Translations under genes and position numbers: made by a program | Notes under the pieces: model-generated | Database searches by the model: none | What the model was told of the DNA's origin: nothing | The model's input: only the letters and a program-made list of their open reading frames with translations | Shown here: in pieces, positions 13,082 through 26,233 of the stretch | How positions within the stretch are numbered: position 1 is the first letter of the stretch | How the letters are laid out: the number at the start of each line of letters is the position of its first letter | Assembly: GCF_009914755.1 (NCBI RefSeq) | Contig: NC_060925.1 | Length of the DNA stretch: 64,000 bases | Direction: 5' to 3' (one strand) | Source of the DNA: the human T2T-CHM13v2.0 reference genome, Homo sapiens

Positions 13082-15746
13082 GCCTACCAACAAAAACAGT
13101 CCAGGACCAGACTGATTCACAGCCGAATTCTACCAGAGGTACAAAGAGGAGCTGGTACCACTCCTTCTGAAACTATTCCAATCAATAGAAAAGGAGGCAA
13201 TCCTCCCTAACTCATTTTATGAGGCCAGCATCATCCTGATACCAAAGCCTGGTAGAGACACACCAATATCCCTGATGAACATCAATGCAAAAATCCTCAA
13301 TAAAATACTGGCAAACCGAATCCAGCAGCACATCAAAAAGCTTATCCACCATGATCAAGTGGGCTTCATCCCTGGGATGCAAGGCTGGTTCAACATATGC
13401 AAATCAATAAACGTAATCCATCACGTAAACAGAACCAATGACAAAAACCACATGATTATCTCAATAGATGCAGAAAAGGCCTTCGACAAAATTCAACAGC
13501 CCTTCGTGATAAAAATTCTCAATAAATTAGGTATTGATGGGACGTATCTCAAAATAATAAGAGCTATTTATGACAAACCCACAGCCAATATCATACTGAA
13601 TGGGCAAAAACTGGAAGCATTCCCTTTGAAAACTGGCACAAGACAGGGATACCCTCTCTTACCACTCCTATTCAACATAGTGTTGGAAGTTCTGGCCAGG
13701 GCAATCAGGCTGGAGAAGGAAATAAAGGGTATTTGATTAGGAAAAGAGGAAGTCAAATTGTTCCTCTTTGCAGATGACATGATTGTATATTTAGAAAACC
13801 CCATCGTCTCAGCCCAAAATCTCCTTAAGCTGATAAGCAACTTCAGCAAAGTCTCAGGATACAAAATCAATGTGCAAAAATTACAAACATTCCTATACAC
13901 CAATAACAGACAAACAGAGAGCCAAATCATGAGTGAACTCCCATTCACAATTGCTTCAAAGAAAAAAAAATACCTAAGAATCCAACTTACAAGGGATGTG
14001 AAGGACCTCTTCAAGGCGAATTACAAACCACTGCTTAATGAAATAAAAGAGGATACAAACAAATGGAAGAATATTCCATGCTCATGGATAGGAAGAATCA
14101 ATATCATGAAAATGGCCATACTGCCCAAGGTAATTTATAGATTCAATGCCATCCCCATCAAGCTACTAATGACTTTCTTCACAGAACTGGAAAAAACTAC
14201 ATTAAAGTTCCCGTGGAACCAAAAAAGATCCCGAATTGCCAAGACAATCCTAAGCCAAAAGAAGAAAGCTGGAGGCATCACACTACCCAATTTCAATCTA
14301 TACTACAAGGCTATAGTAACCAAAACAGCATGGTACTGGTACCAAAACAGAGATATAGACCAATGGAACAGAACAGAGCCCTCAGAAATAACACTACACA
14401 TCTACAACCATCTGATCTTTGACAAACCTGACAAAAACAAGAAATAGGGAAAGGATTCCCTATTTAATAAATGGTGCTGGGAAAACTGGCTAGCCATATG
14501 TAGAAAGCTGAAACTGGATCCCTTCCTTACACCTTATATAAAAATTAATTCAAGATGGATTAAAGACTTAAATGTTAGACCTAAAACCATAAAAACCCTA
14601 GAAGAAAACCTAGGCAATACCATTCAGGACATAGGCATGGGCAATAACTTCATGTCTAAAACACCAAAAGCAATGGCAACAGAAGCCAAAGTTGACAAAT
14701 GGGATCTAATTAAACTAAAGAGCTTCTGCACAGCAAAAGAAACTACCATCAGAGTGAACAGGCAAGCTACAGAATGGGAGAAAATTTTTGCAATCTACCC
14801 TTCTGTCAAAGGGCTAGTATCCAGAATCTACAAAGAACTTAAATTTCAAAAAAAAAAAAAAAATCAAACAACCCCATCAACAAGTGGGTGAAGGATATGA
14901 ACAGACACTTCTCAAAAGAAGACATTTATGCAACCGAAAAACACATGAAAAAATGCTCATCATCACTGGCCATCAGAGAAATGCAAATCAAAACCACAAT
15001 GAGGTACCATCTCACACCAGTTAGAATGGCCATCATTAAAAAGTCAGGAAACAACAGGTGCTGGAGAGGATGTGGAGAAATAGGAACACTTTTACACTGT
15101 TGGTGGGACTGTAAACTAGTTCAACCATTGTGGAAGACAGTGTGGCAATTCCTCAAGTAGCTAGAACTGGAAATACCATTTGACCCAGCCATCCCGTTAC
15201 TGGGTATATACCCAAGGGATTATAAATCATGCTGCTATAAAGACACATGCACAAGTATGTTTATTGTGGCACTATACACAATAGCAAAGACTTGGAACCA
15301 ACCCAAATGTCCATCAATGATAGACTGGATTAAGAAAGTGTGGCATATATACATCATGGAATACTATGCAGCCATAAAAAATGATGAGTTCATGTCCTTT
15401 GTAGGGACGTGGATGAAGCTGGAAACCATCATTCTGAACAAACTATCGCAAGGACAGAAAACCAAACACGGCATGTTCTCATTCATAGGTGGGAAATGAA
15501 CAATGAAAACACTTGCACACAGGGTGGGGAACATTACACACCAGGGCCTGTCATGGGGTGGGGGGAGGGGGCAGGGATAGCATTGGAGATATACCTAATG
15601 TAAATGATGAGTTAATGGGTACAGCACACCCACATGGCACATGTATACATATGTAACAAACCTGTACGTTGTGCACATGTACCCTAGAACTTAAAGTATA
15701 ATAAAAAAATTCTAATTCTGTCAAAAATAAAAAATTTTTTTTAAAA
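13082..15746 (+). mobile_element. 5'-truncated LINE-1 (L1PA5/L1PA6-like) with disrupted ORF2 RT and C-terminal region
   Basis: ORF2 fragments 13275-15499 including FADD; 3' UTR ends CCCTAGAACTTAAAGTATAATAAA; 16-bp TSD AAGAATGAACACTTTT at 13066-13081 and 15747-15762; TT/AAGA endonuclease site. Confidence 0.96.
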
Positions 15747-16406
15747 AAGAATGAACACTTTTTAGTCATAACCCAAGACCCTGTCATCTATCATTAAAGA
15801 TAGAATTATATCATTAAATAAGCCAGTACATGGTCCTGAAAATTCTTATGAATTAACTGTCAAACTTCTACTATTCAAATGAGTGGAGTCATTTTTGTAA
15901 GGCTTGATATATTAATTGTTTATATCATGAGAATGACTCTCAGTTAAATCTCAAGAGCTTTCATAAACCCTAGGGTGACACTGGCATTTAATAAGATGTT
16001 GGATATACTCCCTACCTTTAACATTCTTTATATACCTTCTTGTTTGATTCCTCCACCACAGTTATCATCTAACATATTATATATTATTTATCTTATTTAT
16101 CGTCTCTTTCTCCCACCAGAATGTAAATTCAACAGGAGGAGTGATTTCTGTCTGTTTTGGTAACTGAAACTAAGACTGTACTTAGCATACTACAGTTGCT
16201 CAATAAATATTTTCTGAATGAATGAAAGATATATAGGAGTCTAGTGCAGTATCCTACTTCTGTCTGGTTAATAGGGTTATATTAGTACACTGAACTTGGA
16301 GGGAAATAAAATGAATACTGCAGTTATAGCAATAACTGTGAGTTACAGCAAAAACTGGGAGAAGGGGAGAAGCTGCTTTATGAAGGTGTTAACTATTTTC
16401 TGACTC

Positions 16407-16708
16407 TTTTATTTATTTATTTTTTCTTAGAGACAGGGACTCATTCTGTTGCCAAAGTTGGAGGGCATTGGCATGATCATAACTCACTGCAGCCTTCAAC
16501 TCCTGGGCTCAAGTGATCCTCCCACCTCCGTCTGCCTAGTAGCTGGGACAATAGGCATGCCACCATGCCCAGATTTTAAAAAATTTTTTGTAGAGACAGG
16601 GTCTTTCCATGTTTCCCAGGCTGGTCTCAAACTCCTGGGCTTATGTAATCCTTCTGCCTTGGCCTCCCAAAGTGCTGGGATTACAGGTGTGAGCCACTGT
16701 GCCCAGCT
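16407..16708 (-). mobile_element. AluJ
   Basis: Antisense Alu dimer; degenerate TSD TTTCTG(A/G)CT. Confidence 0.93.
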
Positions 16709-17604
16709 GGCTTTCTGGCTATTTGTTTATATCCTTTCTTGAGGGGACAGCAGTGGTCCTGGTTAACCACAGACCCAGCTCTCAGCTACTTTATTTAATA
16801 ACAGGAAAAACCAAAAGTAGGAACATTTTGACCTTTCAGGTGATTTTGAAGTTCTCCCGTTTGTGAAGGAACACAGGTGCAGAAGCTGTTCCTATTAATT
16901 TGAGGTTGCAACCTTTGAAAGCCATGGATGTGAAGCCTGGACTAGCTTTACTCTGGATATTGGGAAATGCCCTTTCACTTTTGCCTTTTCTTCTCTGGTG
17001 TCTCTCTCTTCTTTGAACTGGTATACCTTTGCCCTCAGAGTGAGAGATAAGTATTTGGTAGTAGAGAGATAGCTAGTGAGAGATAGGCTCAGGGGTGAAC
17101 GAAGGGGAGGTTATAGTTTGGTCAGCATATGAATATGCCAAAAATGGTGTGTGGATTCAGCTCAACTTGTTAACAGATGCAAGGCAGAATGACAAAAAGG
17201 AAATTATTTATTATGTCCAACAGCATGCCTAAAGGCAAAATAATTTATGGTGATGAAGAGACTATACATGTCTCAAACAATAGGAAATTAATAATGATGC
17301 TTCCGTACTCTTGGAATCAGACGTGAATTCAGTGGTTCCTGTGAATTCCAACAGCTACTTCTTATCCACATTCAAATTAAATTTATGTCAGCATTAAGCT
17401 AAGAGAAACTGTATCTGTCAATTTATTCTTACAAAGGGTCACATATCTACTATCTATCTTAGGAAATTCCTTGCCATGAGAAAGCAGTGGAAACATATTT
17501 AGGCGAGAATATTTTATTTAAGATTTTAAGAACTTGTTGAGGCTTGTTTTATTGATCCAGTCTGGAAAATGTTAGACCATGGCTCCGGAATGGCTCTTTT
17601 TAAT

Positions 17605-17916
17605 TATATATATATGTGTATATATATAATATATAATATATACATGTTATATATATTATATTATATATACATATATATATAATATAATATATACATAATA
17701 TATATTATATAATTATCTACATAGTATATATATTATATAATATATACATATTATATAATGCATATTATATATTATATACATATTATATAATGCATATTAT
17801 ATTATATATATTATATATACACATATATGATACAAATATAATACATATATATTATATATATAATATATAAACACATATATATGTACACACACACATATAT
17901 ATACCACACACACACA
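17605..17916. repeat. Interrupted (TA)n/(CA)n low-complexity tract
   Basis: About 310 bp, almost all A/T, with an internal ~29-bp tandem duplication containing TATAATGCATATTATA. Confidence 0.95.
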
Positions 17917-17917
17917 T

Positions 17918-18112
17918 TGTTGGTGTCATGTCATGCAGTGTGAAAAGACAGCTAGAATTTGAATAGAATAGCATGCAGTTCAGAACATCCCAGACTTCCT
18001 TCAAGGTAAAATTCACAGGATCCAAAAGGCAGTATTTTTGTGCTAGATCAACTCCCTCAAATGTCATGCTACAAATTCTTGAATTTTGACAAGTTTGAGA
18101 AAAACCTTATTT
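17918..18112. repeat. Left arm of a ~195-bp inverted repeat
   Basis: Reverse complement of 19148-19343 with about 11 substitutions by hand alignment. Confidence 0.95.
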
Positions 18113-18231
18113 TTTTCAAATACATATTCCTATACATATACACACACATATGATATATACACATAAATGCATATATGTGTATATGTATATATATACACAT
18201 GCATATATATATACACATACATATATATGTA

Positions 18232-18905
18232 TTTTTTAAAATTAAATTTAATTCTATTAAATTCTATTAAATTAAATTCTATTAAATTAAATTAAATTAT
18301 ATTTTAAGTTCTTGGATACATGTACAGGATGTGCAGGTTTGTTACTTACGTAGGTAAACGTGTGCTATGGTGATTTGCTGCACCTATCAACCTATCACCT
18401 AGGTATTAAACCCCACGTGCATTAGCCATTTATCCTGATGCTCTCCCTCCCTACTGACTCCCTGACAGTGTGTGTTGTTCTCTTCCCTGTGTCCATGTGT
18501 TCTGATTGTTCAGCTCCTACTTATAAGTGAGTGCATGCAGTGTTTGGTTTTCTGTTTTTGTGTTAGTTTGCTGAGGATAATGGCTTCCAGCTCCATCCAT
18601 GACCCTGCAAAGCACATTATCTTATTACTTTTTATGGCTGCGTAGTATTTCCTGGTGTATATGCCCCACATTTTCTTTATCCAGTCTATCATTTATGGGC
18701 ATTCGGGTTGATAACATGTCTTTGCTATTGTGAATAGTGCTTTAATGAACATATGCGTGCATGTATCTTTATAATAGAATAATTTATATTCCTTTGGGTA
18801 TATACCCAGTAATGGGATTGCTGGGTCAAATGGTATTTCTGGTTCTAAGCCTTTGGGGAATCACCACACTGTCTTCCACAATCGTTGAACCAATTTACAT
18901 TCCCA
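18232..18905 (-). mobile_element. LINE-1 3' end (approximately L1PA8-L1PA13), 5'-truncated
   Basis: Antisense L1 3' UTR (TTTTAAGTTC...TGTGCAGGTTTGTTAC) and ORF2 C-terminus [13 protein letters not shown]; tail decayed into AATTCTATTA-type repeats. Confidence 0.92.
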
Positions 18906-19147
18906 AGGTGAGAATTTTTAGATAATATTGCATTCCATTTCCAAATAAAAAATAGCAAAATAAATCTAAATTGATCCAAGTTCTTGATAACCTCTTCAAT
19001 ATGGTTATATAAACTGCCATGTTATTCCATTAGAATATAATCACTTTAAATTCATTTTCTACTGAGGATTCATTACGAATGATGAAATTATTCCAAAGTA
19101 CTATCACTATAGTGAATCAAAGTGAATATCTGAAACTTCAGTGTCTA

Positions 19148-19343
19148 AAGTAAGTTTTTTTTTCAAATTTGTCAAAATTCAAGAATTTGTAGCATGACAC
19201 TTGAGGGAGATGATCTAGTACAAAAATACTGACTTTTGGGTCCTGTGAATTTTACCTTGAAGGAAGTGTGGGATGTTCTGAACTGCATGCTATTCTATTC
19301 AAATTCTAGCTGTCTTTTCACACTGCGTGACATGACACCAACA
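19148..19343. repeat. Right arm of the ~195-bp inverted repeat
   Basis: Matches the reverse complement of 17918-18112. Confidence 0.95.
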
Positions 19344-20038
19344 GTATCTGCCACTGATTGACCACTAGTAAACATCAGGAACTTAATGAGGTGACTAATA
19401 TATAATAGTCACTATTATAATGAGGTGACTATATATATGTATATTTATATGTGTATGTATATGTATATATACATGAATAAATTAAAACTATCTATGTATT
19501 TATGATATATACTTTAATTTATCCCTCATAAATTCCACTATGAATGCAACTATGAACAGTTCATGTTATTATTCCCATTTTATGGATGAGGAAACTGAAG
19601 ATCAAATAATTTACATAATTTTATCCCAAGATTACGTGACAAGCAAGTGTGATCCGTCATATTATTCCAAAGCCAGTTTGTCCAACAATAAAGCCTGTCT
19701 TCACCAATATTATGCTTGGCTGCTTGTTTCTACAGTAGTGTCATTTTCTGATATCCATACCATTGTTTAATGTTTACCTGGAAGTACCTGGAAAGGTGCA
19801 AGCAAGGTATCCCATCATTTTTCTGTCCCCTTTTTAACACAGTCTCTTCATCCTATGAGCTAGTTTTTTAAAAAGCAGAAACAAGGAAAAAATTAAGATA
19901 TACTACATACAAAAAAAAGAGTTACTTTCACTTGAAGGACACTAGAGCATTTTTAAAAAGTCAAGGTGTACTTGTGTCTTCTGAGTATAAAGACTTGAGT
20001 TTCAATCACAGGTTTGCCACTTATTGGCTGTGAGTCCC

Positions 20039-20562
20039 TGTTTGATATTCTGGTCACTAGCCTACTTGCTCTTCGATCTTTTCCTTGTACTTTCTCTGCT
20101 CTATTCTGTATTGCAGGGCACTGACTTCATCAAACTGCATTTCACAAGCTCTTTTGCCAGTTGTATTCTAGCTAGGATCAGCCAATGGAGGGCACTGGAA
20201 GAGAAATGAAAGGTGAAACAAGAAGAAAGCTGGTTTCTTTCTCTCCCACTCTTTCTGCTACAGGGAGTCCTCGGGCAGCAGGGTCCATCTTCTTTGTAGT
20301 TTATAGTTCTTGCACTGTAGTGATTGTAGCTTACATCAGGCCACTCTAGCACTTGGAGTCTGGTAATACCACCTACTCCTTGGACCTTCAGTCCCAGGGC
20401 TGATGATGGCTTTTTGCTATTCCTGAGTTCTGAGTTGCTTCACTACCTCTTATTTGCTTTTTCAGCTCTGCCAACTCCTTTGAGAATAGTTCTCCATATT
20501 AAATATTTTCTACTGAGCTACTCACTGTGGATTCAATTTTGCTGACTGAAAGTGACATAGCA
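20039..20562 (+). mobile_element. LTR33-like (ERVL) solo LTR interrupting a MIR
   Basis: CAGCCAATGGAGGGCACTGG and CCTTCAGTCCCAGGGCTGATGATGGC motifs with an ATTAAA signal; MIR halves lie on either side. Confidence 0.7.
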
Positions 20563-20644
20563 TGGCCAGATATTGAACTTTACTGAGACTCAGTTTCCTT
20601 ATTTACAAAATAAGAATGATAGTAACTACTTGCAAGTTACTTGA

Positions 20645-22030
20645 ATCCTTAGCTAGAATAACTAAGAAAAAAAGACTTATTAGTAAAATCAAAAATGAAA
20701 AAGAAGATATTTCAACAGATGCCTCAGATATAAAAAAGATCATAAGAGACTATTATAAATAATTATATGCCATAAATTATATAATCATGAAGAAATGGAT
20801 AAATTCCTAGAAACATACAATTTATCAAGACTGCATCAAGAAGAAATAGGAGCCCTGAACAGACTAATAACTTATTTGTTATTAAGCTTTAAGCTGCAAA
20901 CAAAACCTCTCAACAAAGAAAAACCCAGAACTTGATAGTTTTAACAGCTGAATCGTGTAAAACATTTAAAGAATTAATAACAATTCTTCTTAAACTCTTC
21001 TATAAAACAGTAAAAGAGAAAACACTTCCCAACTCATTTTATGAGGCCAACATCACTCTGGTAACAAAGCCAAAGACACCACAAGAGAACCATATATCTA
21101 ATGAACATAGTTGCACAATTTCTCAACAAAATACTACTAGCAAATTAAATTCAACAGCACATGAAAAAAATTATACACCATGACCAATTGTGATTTATCC
21201 CTGGGATTCAAGTTTGTTTTAACACACAGAAATTAATCAATATGATACACCACATTAACAAAATGAAAAATAACCATATGACCATCTCAAAAGACATAGA
21301 AAAAGTATTAACAAAGCTCAATATTTACTCCTGATAAAAACTCTCAACAAAAAGGGTGTATAAAGAACATACCCCAACACAATAAGGGCCATTTATGGAA
21401 AACTGCAGCTAACATAATCAATGGGTAAATACTGAAAGCTTTTCTTTTAATTAGTAACAAGGCAAGGATGCCCTCTCCTACCACTTCTATTTGACATTGT
21501 ACTGGAAGTCCTAGCCAGAACAATTAGACAAGAAAAATAAATAAAAGTCATCCAAAAAAGAAAGAAAAAAGTAAAATTATCTGTTTATAGATGATAAGAC
21601 CTTATATATAGAAAACTCTAAAGACACCATTAAAAACTATTAGAACTAATAAATAAATTGAGTAAAGTTGCAAGAAACAAAATCAACATGCAGAAATCAA
21701 TAGCATTTTTTACACTACTATCAAACTATTCAAAAAAGGAAATTAAAACAAACCTCACTTACAACAATATCAAAAAGAAAAACATACTTAGGAATAAATT
21801 TAACCAAACACACAAAAGATATGTTCACGAAAAACTAGAAAACATTAATGAAAATAATTGAAGAAGACACCAATTAATGGAAAGATATCTTTTGTTCATG
21901 GATTGGAAGAAATAATATTGTTAAAATACCCTTAACACCCAAAGAAATCTATAGAACAGATTCAGTGAAATCCATATCAAAAATCCAGTGGCATTTTTCA
22001 CAGAAATGGGGGAAATAATTTTTGAATCCT
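20645..22030 (+). mobile_element. Old L1M ORF2 fragment
   Basis: Degenerate ORF2 peptides [12 protein letters not shown] and KINMQKSIAF. Confidence 0.9.
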
Positions 22031-22519
22031 AACTCAAAGTCTGGGTGAGTGAGACCGATCACTTCTGGTATTAGGGGCAGAAGAACATGAAAAGGTTTCA
22101 CCCCAGGTGAGTCCGTTGGCAAGACTCTTCTCAGCACCTGGAGAATGTCAAAGCTAAGTCAACAGAGCATGCTTGGTGTGGCCAGCACAGGAAGTTTGAG
22201 AAAAGGACATTAGAGAAAAAAGAAATAGCATATGGAGGAATTTTTCTGGAAATCTGCCTGTATGTTGAGCTAAAGAGAATCCTGACTTGAATTCTCCAGA
22301 TGACCCATTCCAACCGGAATTTTATATATTTTATATAAAATAGGAAGATGGGGAAAGAATGACAATGACTATATAACTCATGTAGTATTCCAGTAAAAGT
22401 CACGTAGCGAGAATGAACTGCACCCTTGTTCCAACTTTATTACTGGCTTACTTGGTGATACTCTATTTATTTCTCCATCCGCAAATACTTCCTGACCCGC
22501 AGAGCTAGACTTTGGTAAG

Positions 22520-23090
22520 GCGAAATTTGATAAATATTTACTAACCTTTATTGTGTGTCTGGTAGTGGTATACATCTAGGGATGCAACAAAGTGATTTCA
22601 TTCCAGCGAGAGTCAGACAATTAAAAAAAAAAAACATACTTGAGTAGCGTGGATAGTATGTTAGATGGTGGTAAATTACAGAAAGAATGAAGTAGGGAGT
22701 GTGGAGAAAGGGGCATATTTTAAATAAAATGATGAGGGGAGACCTCAATAAAGAATATTAAATATGGGTAAAGACTAAGCAAATGAAGAAACAAGCAATT
22801 GTCTTTCTAGAGATAGATCATTTAAACAGAGGAGAGATGAAACAAATGTTCTGACACAGGAATGCTCAATGGGTTTATGAACTAACAAGAAAGCCAGCAT
22901 GTGGATGAAAGAAAGATGACAGAAGATTCAAAGAAGTAACATCATGGGGTAGGGTGTAATAGATCTGTAGGATCTTGGAGGCTACTTTGGCTTTAGTCAG
23001 AATGAACAGCAAAGCCATTCAAGTCTTTTGAGCAGAGAAGTTATATTATCTAATTTATGTTTTAACATGATGCCTGCAGTTTCTGGTTTT
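22520..23090 (-). mobile_element. L2 3' end
   Basis: TAAATATTTACT...GTCTTTTGAGCAGAGAAG...ATTTATGTTTTAA antisense-L2 motifs. Confidence 0.7.
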
Positions 23091-23749
23091 TGGCAGGATG
23101 AAGCAAGGCAAGAGTGGGAGAGGGGAGACTGGTTAAGAAAGCCCACCTTCCACCTGCTTCTTTCTGTGTCCTTAGCCTCTCCTTGCGGATCGTATACTTC
23201 CTTCCCAACCCCTACTCCCACTGCTCTTTTACTGCAAGTCTTCTTATAATGCTCTTTCTAATTTTCTCAGGAAAAGAGACAATAAACTCATCCACTTTGA
23301 ATTATAAGTGACATATAAGCTTTGTTGAATAAGCAGAGTGTGTAGCTTAAATAAAAAGAATGGAGCTCTAAAAAAAAAAAAGAATGGAGCTCTAATTGTA
23401 GAATTTCAGATATAAGTGGACAATATTTTATTTGGGTCAGAGGGTCTTCTGAAAATACCTAAATGACTTTATACAGATACCCAGATACTCGAAGTAATGA
23501 GGCTAGCTTCAGTTCAAATCTTTTGTAATAAAAGGCAAGTTGTACACACAGAAATGCAAACAGAAGACCAGGCTTCCTTACAAATCTCACAGGATAATAG
23601 AATATTACATTTACACTATCAACCTTAATCCAGTTACTTACTATGTCTTTTACGGTTTCCATCTCCTTAATCTGTCTCCAATCAATCTCTTCCTATTGTT
23701 AGGACATTCAACTTCGATTCTGAGAACTGATTTAGTATCCTAATTTGTT

Positions 23750-24380
23750 TCCAGTGCTCCAGGCTTGATCCCCAACCAAACCAATTTTCACACCAGAATG
23801 ATCTTCCTAAAATTCAATAAATAAATAAATAAATAAAAATTAAAAGTTGCAATGGCTCTCCCTTGCCTTAGGATAGTCCAGTCTCTTTTTCTGATGCATG
23901 AGTTCCATTAGGAACCTAACTATCCCACCGCCATATTAATACCTCCCACACACATTTTCTGCTCCAGCCACACTCCATGCTGTCTCTTTCCTCTGGGGTT
24001 TGGTGCTCTCTATTTTGTTTTCCTGGTAAATATTCTTATTCTCTTTATCTCCCTACTTTCCGCCAACTTCTCTAACAGCTTATTTCTATTCATTCTTCAG
24101 GGTTTGGTATAGACATCTACTCCTACGAAAAGCCTTCCCTGATGCCTATGACTCAGATTCCTCTTCCAACGGTTCCCATAGCAACCTTCTCTGGCATTCT
24201 CACACTTACATAGCAAAGGGATTTTCTGTTAGTTACTGGTTTGTCCTCCCCATTAGATTTTGAGTGCTTAAGGGCAGGAATCTTGCTTTATTTTAGTGTC
24301 TACAGTGCCTAAGAGGATGTCTAATATATAATAAAACTCAATAGATGATTGGACATATAAATGAAATGATTGGCTATATA
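23750..24380 (+). mobile_element. L2 3' region
   Basis: CTCCAGCCACAC, AAGCCTTCCCTGA and AGGGCAGGAATCTTG...CTCAATA...AATGAAATGA motifs. Confidence 0.7.
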
Positions 24381-25365
24381 AATGAAAGCTGTGTATGGAA
24401 CTTCTTATGAAAGTTCCAAATAAGAAAGAAGAGAAAATGATACTATTATTCTCCAAACAAACCAGTTGCTTAGGAGAAATATAACTATCTCTGATGCTGA
24501 GACCAAAGGGAAGTTTCTCCCTTCGATCTTCATAGAAAATGTACTAACAGTATATAACAGGCTTAAATACTATGTAAAAAGTAGTAAGCAATTACTCCAG
24601 TAGTTACTATAAATTGGTGCCACTAATCTTTAATTTACTGAAGTTAGTGAGGCTAGACATGATGATGACTTTAGTCTTTTTCCGGTTTTAAGTAGTGTTT
24701 AAATAGCGATGATTATTGCAGTGTAATTCCCTGCAAAAAGTTCACATATTCATTTGTAGGTGATTTTCTAAAACTGAAACATATGCTAAAAACCTTTTTA
24801 AACAGAACATTTGTCTAATTTAATACTACTTTAGGTAAATAATTCTTCAGTGTAAAATAGAGAATTATTATATGTGATAGTCTAAAGAAATATGATTATG
24901 AAAATGCAGTATAAAAAGCCCAATCACAGCATAATGTTAAATTGCAATTTTTTTCAAGGCCATTAAACAATGAAATTATGTTTTTCTTTCAATTAAGCTA
25001 CAAATTCTTTAGTTCTAAAAATAAAAATGAAAATGAATGTGGATCTCTTTGTTCATTTTTAAAAACTTTATTGGAAAATAGCAATCATTGGCCAATTGAT
25101 TATTATTATTATTTCCTTTTGGGTTAAGAGTAGGTTACTTAAGTCACTTTGGGTTCCCATTAGGTTCTAGGGATTAATTACAGTTTTTCAAACCCTGAAA
25201 TTTCTTGTCCACATTGTGACCCCAGCCTGCCTGCTTTGAAGATCTATTTTCATGTTCTTGAGGCTCTAGAGGGAAACTTTCTGAACTCATGACAGCTCCC
25301 TCCTGAGATCGCTGTCTTAGCAATAACAGGCAAAAAACTAAGTACTTCATCTGTATTCTCTCAAT

Positions 25366-26233
<868 letters not shown>

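Noticed and set aside
17501-18920. AGGCGAGAATATTTT (17501) and AGGTGAGAATTTTT (~18907) as a TSD, making the whole block an L1 plus long 3' transduction
   Set aside because: The match is imperfect, there is no clear second poly(A), and the arm identity looks younger than this L1. Not excluded without orthologs.
17918-19343. Inverted arms as TIRs of a novel DNA transposon
   Set aside because: There is no TSD and no transposase remnant, the spacer is L1 plus microsatellite, and ~94% arm identity looks too young for primate DNA transposon activity.
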